A stretch of DNA of 64,000 nucleotides from Octopus vulgaris (taxonomy: Eukaryota): NCBI GenBank assembly GCA_951406725.2, contig OX597814.1:93372001-93436000 (forward strand). The letters are read 5' to 3'. The translations under genes and the position numbers were made by a program. Positions 56,123-64,000 of this stretch are shown here, one piece after another; position 1 is the stretch's first letter; the number at the start of each line of letters is the position of its first letter. A model generated the notes under the pieces. The model saw nothing but the letters and a program-made list of their open reading frames with translations. It was not told the origin of the DNA and made no database searches.

Positions 56123-56375
56123 ATATAGGGTAAAAAAATTCTTAATTATAATTAATAAATTTTACCAAGTAGTTTCGGTATGGAAAAGAACGATATTCGG
56201 TAAAAATACTTATACAAGAAGTTTTATATATAATTATAACAATAATTAAGGGTTAAGCAACAAGTTGCTTCACCACATACTGAAAATTTAGAAATAACGG
56301 TCTTTTGGCTGCTATTTCTAAATTTTCGGTATGTGGTGAAGCAACTTGTTGCTAAATCCTTAATTATTGTTATAA
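56121..56375. mobile_element. Fold-back copy of the 7283 element (~63-bp inverted arms)
   Basis: 56234-56296 is the reverse complement of 56313-56375; flanked by (TA)n. Confidence 0.75.
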
Positions 56376-56378
56376 ATG

Positions 56379-56409
<31 letters not shown>

Positions 56410-56410
<1 letters not shown>

Positions 56411-56614
56411 TTTCTACACAAGGCCTGAAATTTTGAGGGAGGTATAAGACCATTACTTCGGCTCCAATATTCAACTGGTACTTATTTTATCGATCCCAAA
56501 GAGATGAAAGGCAATGTCGACCACGAAGGAATTTGAACTCAGAACGTAAAGACGGACGAAATGCCACTAAGCATTTTACCCGGCGTGCTAACTATTCTAC
56601 CAGCTCGCCACCTT
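56410..56614 (-). mobile_element. SINE family B (tail type 2)
   Basis: B head and body in reverse. Confidence 0.8.
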
Positions 56615-56634
56615 ACATAGCTCTCTTTCTTTCT

Positions 56635-56673
<39 letters not shown>

Positions 56674-57110
56674 TCTCTCTCTACACACACACATATATTA
56701 ATGTTCATCTTTATTGTAAAAAAACATTTTACATAAAACTGAAATACTTCTCAATACTTTTTGTAGAGCACATGATTGCTTTTTTTAACAAGAGTATTAT
56801 TGATTGAAACTTCAAAGTTTCGACCAGCTGAGCCATCATCGGACTTGATGGCTTAGCTGTACACACACACACGCACGCACATGCACATATATGTATCTGT
56901 GTATTTGAGTGAGTATGTTCTTGGTAATTTTTTTGTAGAAACCTTAGCGGAAAGGAAGGATTGTCTGCAGTTAGAAACAGTAAATCAGATATGCGTAAAA
57001 TCTTAAAACTTATCGCTTTATACTCGGAGTGGCACTATAGTCCATAGCACGTGAAAAGGTGAGACAGCCATGACCAGAATTTTTTGGGGTCTTAGGTTTA
57101 TTTAATGAGG

Positions 57111-57343
57111 AAGGCGGCGAGCTGGCAGAAAGGTTAGCACGCCGGGGGAAATACTAAGCGGTATTTCATCTATCTTTACGTTCTGAGTTCAAATTCCGCC
57201 GAGGTCAAATTTGTCTTTCATCCTTTCGGGGTCGATTAAATAAGTACCAGTTACGCACTGGGGTCGATACAATCGACTTAATCCGTTTGTCTGTCCTTGT
57301 TTGTCCTCTCTGTGTTTAGCCCCTTGTGGGTAGTAAAGAAATA
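57111..57343 (+). mobile_element. SINE family B, full-length monomer (tail type 1)
   Basis: aaggcggcgagctggcagaa...GAGTTCAAATTC...gtgggtagtaaagaaata. Confidence 0.9.
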
Positions 57344-58731
57344 GTTTATTTGATGAGGACTGGTCTGGGGCTAAACAACAAGAACAAGAACAGCGTGCAC
57401 ACAAACAAGAACAAGAACAAGAACAACATGTTCCCTTCGAACGTGATTTGGGAGATCCGGTATTTATTTACTAATTTAACAATTTTTGACTTGCTTTGAA
57501 GGTTTTTCTCGAACAGATCGACCTAAGTCACTTTTTTTAAAAAACCTGGTACTTTTCCATCAATTTGTTTGTGCCGAACCCCTAAACTACTTGGACGTAA
57601 ACAAACGAACACCAGTTATCAAGCGGTGGTAGGGAACAAACACAGGTTTAAAGGCACACACATACATAGATATATACAATTATCTACCAAATTCACGGAC
57701 AAGCTTTTGGTCGACTCGGGGTTGAAGCAGAAAGACACTGCGGTGAAAGGAATTTTGGCGTTAATTCGTTGGAAATGAAAAAGAACTGAAACCGGCACGC
57801 GCACTCTGTTGTCTCGGATCAAGTCGCATTTTAACCGCAACTATTTTAACCAATCACCACACCCACGCCGCCGCCGCAGCCACCGCCAACACCGCACTCA
57901 ACTCTAGCAGCAGAAGCGGCAGTAGCAACGGTAGTACTGGTAGTAGTAGCTGCAGTTACAGCAGTTATAGCAGCAGTAGTAGCAACAAACAACATCGTTT
58001 GCAAGAGCAACAGCTGTGATATGAAAAGTCGTTTGATTGGATGGTTATATATATATGAAGATATATGGATGCACGTGTAGTGCCATGCAAACAAACAGGT
58101 GACTCTAGAAAAGAAAAGACAACATTTTAGGGAATGCAAACCCCTCTATGTTATTCATCTATTTATATATTTAGCTTTTAATGCATTCTTTGCAAAGGGT
58201 CTGTGCATATAAGCAAAAGATGTACTACTACGTTAATTAATTAAAATTGTGTGCATTGTATATTTACTTTCGCCTTGCCCAATCAGAAGGCTCTCAATGC
58301 AAAACTTCTGATTGTTTTCCTCGTTTAGTCACCAGTCAGCTACGCCCGGGCAAAGAATTCCAGCTGTGACCATCCTGCCTTTTTAAATTTTGGTTAGTAT
58401 AAGGTCAATCTATTTTTACAATAAAATAGTAGTAGGGTATTGCATGATTTGAGGAAGATTTGGTTATTATTTCTAACAGGCCGAATGACTATGTAGAGGA
58501 ACCCTTCCTTCTTGCTTTCTCGTAGTTGTAGTGCGCATGCAAGAAAAGCGGGTATTCATAAAATAGATACCAATAATATGCTTGTAGAATCGATTAAGTT
58601 CATACGTCTCCGTTCCATTAAAGAACGGGCCTCGTACAGACGGATAAGAAAACGTTGTGTACAACTTTAAATGACCTCCCACACATATCTGTGTCTTTAT
58701 GGATACTAATTCCAAATATGTAGATTGTCGA

Positions 58732-58767
<36 letters not shown>

Positions 58768-58871
58768 GAATATACATACATGCACTCAAACGCATACTAT
58801 CACGCAGACACACCTACATTCTGGCGTTCTTACTAAATACAGATGCACGCAACTCTCTTCCCCTCTTTCAC

Positions 58872-58904
<33 letters not shown>

Positions 58905-58940
58905 ATATGTATATATATATGTATTTTTTTTTTTTTTTTT

Positions 58941-59150
58941 GTACTTGTTTCAGTCATTTTGACTGCGGCCATGCTGGAGCACCGCCTTTTAGAGTGGTGA
59001 AAGAGTACAGCAGGGATCACCACCTCCTGCCGGAGCCTCGTGGAGCTTTTAGGTGTTTTTTTCGCTCAATAAACACACACAACGCCCGGTCTGGGAATCG
59101 AAACCGCGATCCTCCGACCGCAAGTCCGCTGCCCTAACCACTAGGCCATT
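58941..59150 (-). mobile_element. tRNA-derived SINE family F sharing the family-A 3' tail
   Basis: TGGCCTAGTGG / GTTTCGATTCC head, distinct body, then aaggcggtgctccagcatggccgcagtc...gaaacaagt. Confidence 0.8.
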
Positions 59151-59269
59151 ATATGTATATATAGATAGATACCGACACAAATACATACACTCATATACAT
59201 ATTTTTAAAACACATGCACACATACTAAAATAATACATATATATGTATATGTGTGTGTTTATAAATATA

Positions 59270-59481
59270 AGCTGGCAGAATCGTAAGCACACCGGGAGAA
59301 ATGCTTAGCGGTATGTCGTCTGCCGCTGCGTTCTGAGTTCAAATTCCGCCGAGGTCCACTTTGCCTTTCATCCTTTCGGGGTCTATTAAATAAGTACCAC
59401 TTACGCACTGGGGTTGATGTAATCGACTTAATCCCTTTGTCTGTCCTTGTTTGTCCCCTCTATGTTTAGACCCCTTGTGGG

Positions 59482-59484
<3 letters not shown>
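59270..59484 (+). mobile_element. SINE family B (tail type 1)
   Basis: Matches 57111-57343. Confidence 0.88.
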
Positions 59485-59535
<51 letters not shown>

Positions 59536-59657
59536 ATGTATGGTGCCCCAGCATGGCTGCAATCTTATGATTGAAACAATAAAAAACTATATATATATAA
59601 TGAATATTATGAGTATATATAATCATTCAATCTATTTACACGTACATGCGCAGACAC

Positions 59658-59700
<43 letters not shown>

Positions 59701-60059
59701 TGGAGGGGAATGATTAGACGTATCCATCAATGGGTAGGAAAATCGTGGATAAGGTTTTGATACGAATTAGAGGTGACTGTCTACTCTCAATTTTTTTTTT
59801 TACGAAAGGCAAATAGAAGGAAATATCCTTGCCATGAAATACAATGTAAGACCCAGAACGCATGTGAACTCGCGTCCTAAAATATATCGAAGAATGCGCC
59901 ATCTTAAATGGGGTTGTAAGACGTAAACTTTAATTAAAATACAGTCAGTTGTCACTCGTGTGCGAGTATGACTTGTTAACATGATTTGTTAGTTGTTTTA
60001 GACATTAGATGCTCTCTTTGTGCCTTAAGCCTTAGCCACGCAGAATATATATGATGGGA

Positions 60060-60690
60060 CACATGGAAGATATGGAGAGAGAGAGGAAGAGAGAGTAAGA
60101 AAGTGCAAAAAAAAAGAAGAGGAGAGAGTGTGTGAAAGAAAGAAAGAAAGAAAGAAAGAAAGACAAAAGGAAAGAAAGAGGGTAGAGAGTCAGAAAGCGA
60201 GAGAGAGAAAAATAAAGAACGGAGAGAGAGTGAAAGAAAGAAGGAAAGAGAGAGAGAGAGAGAGAGAGAGGGATAGAGAGTATGAAAGAGAAAGAGAAAA
60301 ATGAAAAGGGAGAGAAAGTGAGAGAGAGAGTGAAAGAAAGAAAGAGAGAGTGGAAGAGGGCGACAGAGAGAGAGAGAGAGAGTGAGAAAGGGACAGATAG
60401 TAAGAGAGGGAAAACAGAAAAAAAGAGAGGGGAAGTGTAAAAGAAAGAAACAAAGAAAGAGAGCAATGAAGAGAGAGACAGAGAGAGAAAGGGATAGAGA
60501 GTACGAAAGAGAGAGAGAAAGAAAGATAGAAAGAAAGAGAGAGAGAGGGACAGAGAGTAAGAGAGAGAAAAATAAAGAAATCGAGAGAGAGAGAGAATCA
60601 AAGAAAGAAAGAAAGAGAAGGAGAGAGAAAGAGAGAGAGTGAGAGAGAAAGAGTGAGAGGGAAAGAGAGAGAGAAAGAGAGAGTAAAGAA
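60060..60690. repeat. ~630-bp polypurine (GA/GAAA) tract
   Basis: Directly visible. Confidence 0.9.
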
Positions 60691-61049
60691 CATTAACATT
60701 CGGCCGGAACTTATTAAGACTAAATAGATTGGAGTAAAAAAAAAATGAAGTATCTTGCTCAAGAGCACAACATATCGCCTAGTCCTGGAATCGAACCTAC
60801 GGTTTTATGATTGGGAACCGAACACTCTTGTTCTCTTGACTGAAACTAATTACATATGGACTACTGTAAAGTGTGAATTTGGTCGTTAGCAGTGACGTAA
60901 CAGTTCTGACGGTGTTTCCGTTTTGTTAGTCCTTCTCAATAAGGCATTGCCTAACCTTTACTAGATTGAGAGAGAGAGAGAGAGAGAGAGAGGATTCATC
61001 TTATATGTGTGTACGTGTGGGTGCGTATCTGTGTGTATGTGTATGTACC

Positions 61050-61500
61050 AATGGGCCGAGTGTGTTGTATACATTGTTGTAATACGGAGAAGTTATTCTC
61101 CTAAGACATATATTGCAGTGACCAGCATATTTTGTGCCTGAATCTGCCTACGCGTGTTAAGAATAAATATTATATGAATAAATCGTTCTAGAGTTGGCTA
61201 TATAAATGTAAGTTTATGTATGCTTGTGACATAACTAATTCCAGTAATTCATTGCATACCCCACACCGGCTTCATAGAGTGTTTTTACCTCTTTTGATCT
61301 CCAAGTCACAACTATGGGAGCGAGGTGTGAAAAGTTCTGGAACAGATTCACAGTTAAGTGGACTGGGATATTTGATAATTCAAGTATCTTGGACACAGAC
61401 GCCGAGTGGCGCCAGACCTTTCGAACGGCAGTTCAACATCCTATTGATCAAGCTCGTTACGTGTCTTTGATGAAAGCCACATGTGTGTCTTCCTTACAAC
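61050..61500 (+). mobile_element. Possible very old RTE LINE 3' fragment
   Basis: EVILLRHILQ*PAY, HRL.RVF...ERG and DAEWRQTFRTAVQ occur in the order of RTE C-terminal motifs. Confidence 0.35.
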
Positions 61501-61602
61501 TTAACATTTAAACATCGATATATACTTAAACACCATTGCTTAAACACACACACACGCGCACACACACACATACACACACACAAACACACACACACACACA
61601 CT

Positions 61603-61945
61603 CTTTTATTTTACTTGTTTCAGTCATTTTGCAGCTGCGATGCTGGAGCTCCGCCTTAAAGGGTTTTAGTCGAAGAAATCGACCCCGGGACTTAGTCTTC
61701 GTAAGCCCAGTACTTATTCTATCGATCTCCTTTGGCCGAACCGCTAGATTACAGGCAAACATACCAACATCGGTTGTCAAGCGATGGTGGTGGGAGACAC
61801 AAACACAGACACACAAATAAATACGTACATTTATATGTATATACACGACGGGCTTCTTTCAGTTTCCATCTACCAAATCCACTCAAAGCTAGATATTTGC
61901 TCAAGGTGCCACGCAGTGGGACTGAACCCGGAACCATGTGGTTGA
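61603..61945 (-). mobile_element. SINE family A with an internal deletion
   Basis: Family A in reverse. Confidence 0.85.
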
Positions 61946-62037
61946 GGTTTATATCATTAAGCATCATCTTACAGGATGATGTCCCCAAATGCAAACACGC
62001 ACACATGTACACTTATATGTCATTATAAAGATACATA

Positions 62038-62255
62038 AAGGTGGCGAGCTAGCAGAGTCGTTAGCACGCTGGGCAAAATGCTTAGCGACATTTTTTCCGT
62101 CCGTAGGATCTGAGTTCAAATTCCACCGAGGTCGGCTTTGCCTTTCATCATTTGGGGGTCGATAAATTAAGTACCAGTGAAACACTGGGGTCGATAGAAT
62201 CAACTATTCCCCGCCTCCAAATTTCAGGCGTTGTGCCTCTAGTAGAAAAGATTAT
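62038..62255 (+). mobile_element. SINE family B (tail type 2)
   Basis: Head, body and gtagaaaagattat tail. Confidence 0.85.
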
Positions 62256-62521
62256 AAAGATACATGTTTATACACAGTTAAATATTTACGAATTGAGCCA
62301 ATAAGGGAAACTCTGCATGATAGCTAGAAAAAGCAGTCAAGTTTTCTTCAGCCAGTTATCTAAAAGGATATATAGCAAATTGTTGAGGGTAGACTGGCGC
62401 AGGAGAAATCATACGGCGTAGTCACGGTTGTAAAGACATTAGATCAAAGGTCTCTCAGCTCCGTTAGAAGCTGATCTGGGCTAAAATTCAACAGCAAAGT
62501 GAGCCCTTTGTTAGCTTTATA

Positions 62522-62546
62522 TCTATCTATATATATAAAACTGAGG

Positions 62547-62583
<37 letters not shown>

Positions 62584-63081
62584 CCCGCATAACTTCTGAA
62601 GTTCGTAACTGATTTTTTTCAAACTGGGAACATACATTACTAATGTTCTAGAGATGGTTTTAGACTCTTAAAATTTTTCACATAATGAGTAGCGGAGTAC
62701 GTGCGACTGCTCGCATGGTCCACTCATTGTTTCTGTTCAAAGTGGAAAAAAACAGCTACTGAAATGATAGATGTAGTTCCTATGTCTGCTGATCGTTCAG
62801 TGTGGTAGCGGCATCGCCGACAGTTGCAAAGGAGAATATACCCACTGAGAGCTTTTTGGTACGTTCAAAAATCACATATTCCCCACCCATTTTTCCATGA
62901 CAAGGTTAGGGCCTGCAATCTTCCAAACAGACGCGTGACATGTCAGTTAGTCGAATTAGTCCTTCATTTGCTCCACAATTGTTTTGTCGTCAATGCTGCT
63001 CTTACCCGTATCATGTTTCAACTTAACTGTACCATATATACAAACTATGCCAGTTAAATTCCGAGCAACGCCGGCTGCTAG
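62522..63081 (+). mobile_element. Non-autonomous Helitron
   Basis: a|TCtatctatatatataaa start; ccgagcaacgccgg hairpin then CTAG|t end; termini similar to 5859-6253. Confidence 0.75.
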
Positions 63082-63119
63082 TATATATATATATATGTAT
63101 ATATGTATATATGTATATA

Positions 63120-63568
63120 GCGGTGTCTGGTTTCTCCTGCTTGTGTGGCATAGTGCAGAGTCCCGTTGCTAGACATAGGGTTTTCCAGCAGCCATCCTCT
63201 TGACCCAGGGCAGCACTATTTCCTCCAGGCACTTGATGTAGGCTTCTGTGTGGAGTCTGAGGCCGTGTGGGAAGATGAATGGAAGCATAACATTGCCATC
63301 GCTAACGATCACTCCAAACATCATGATGTTGACTGGATGTTTGATTTTTATCACCCTCAGTACATGCATTCTCCACAGAGTGACACCCAAACACTGAAAT
63401 ATTGGTATTGAAGTTTCCAGCGCGAATACCAAGCAGTACAGCATGTCGTTTCTAAATTTCTAGCAGAGTGAATTGCGTCATGGTGCTGTTTTTTCACAGA
63501 CGGTGCCCAACTTTCGCATGCGTGAAATTAGAAATATAAAATGACAACAATTTGCTCATCACACCCTG
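63120..63568 (-). mobile_element. maT/DD37D-type Tc1-mariner fragment
   Basis: ta|cagggtg terminus; KHPVNIMMFGVIVSDGNVMLPFIFPHGLRLHTEAYIKCLEEIVLPWV...PYV*QRDSALCHTS. Confidence 0.75.
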
Positions 63569-64000
63569 TATGTATGTATGTATGTATGTATGTATGTATG
63601 TATGTATGTGTATATGTATGTATGTATGTATGTGTGTGTGTGTGTCCTTCTGTCTGTGATTGTTTACATAATACATACATACATACATACATACATACAC
63701 ATACACACATGTGTACATATATATATGCATGTATATATGTATGTGTGTGCATGTATGTTTGTATGTATGTATGTATGTATGTATGTATGTATAAAGACAG
63801 GTTGCTCATAAGTGAAAATCCTTTGATCATAGGTATACTTTATTAGTGGTGGCCTGGGGGCTAAACGACAACAGCAACTGCTTATATATCTAAATCATAC
63901 ATGAATCAGTATTGTCAAATGACAACAGATGCATCATCATTGATCTGATCAAAGTAATTCTAGTTGTGGCCATCACTCCATTTTAGGAGTATGCTTAGAA

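Noticed and set aside
59076-59150. tRNA-like sequences here and at 525-598, 5254-5325 and 7857-7930
   Set aside because: They are SINE heads that continue into SINE bodies and lack a proper acceptor stem.
61314-61511. 65-aa ORF MGARCEKFW... with good Kozak context and an upstream pyrimidine tract
   Set aside because: No convincing donor site, and the peptide and flanks resemble decayed RTE C-terminal motifs. Not fully excluded; BLASTX or RNA-seq would decide.

Overview
AT-rich, microsatellite-dense eukaryotic DNA with no intact host protein-coding gene that I can support. The SINE repertoire looks like octopus (coleoid cephalopod) intronic or intergenic sequence, but that is recognition by eye, not a database result. 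Contents: about 50 copies or fragments of tRNA-derived SINEs (my labels A, B, C, F); three near-full-length but dead mariner elements plus mariner/maT fragments and MITEs; a decayed Chapaev3-type transposase; two non-autonomous Helitrons; LINE remnants (R4/Dong, RTE, CR1/L2-group); Penelope-like terminal repeats with hammerhead-ribozyme motifs; a 5S rRNA pseudogene; a 54-bp minisatellite; many simple repeats. Almost all ORFs in the supplied track are microsatellite or SINE artefacts. Most interesting: hammerhead motifs with a ~100-nt insertion in stem II, SINE-B head-to-tail multimers that reuse one junction at three loci, a ~555-bp headless retroposon nested in (AAT)n beside an R4/Dong 3' end, fold-back SINE/PLE hairpins, and a textbook candidate recursive splice site. 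Element boundaries were set by eye and may be off by a few bases.
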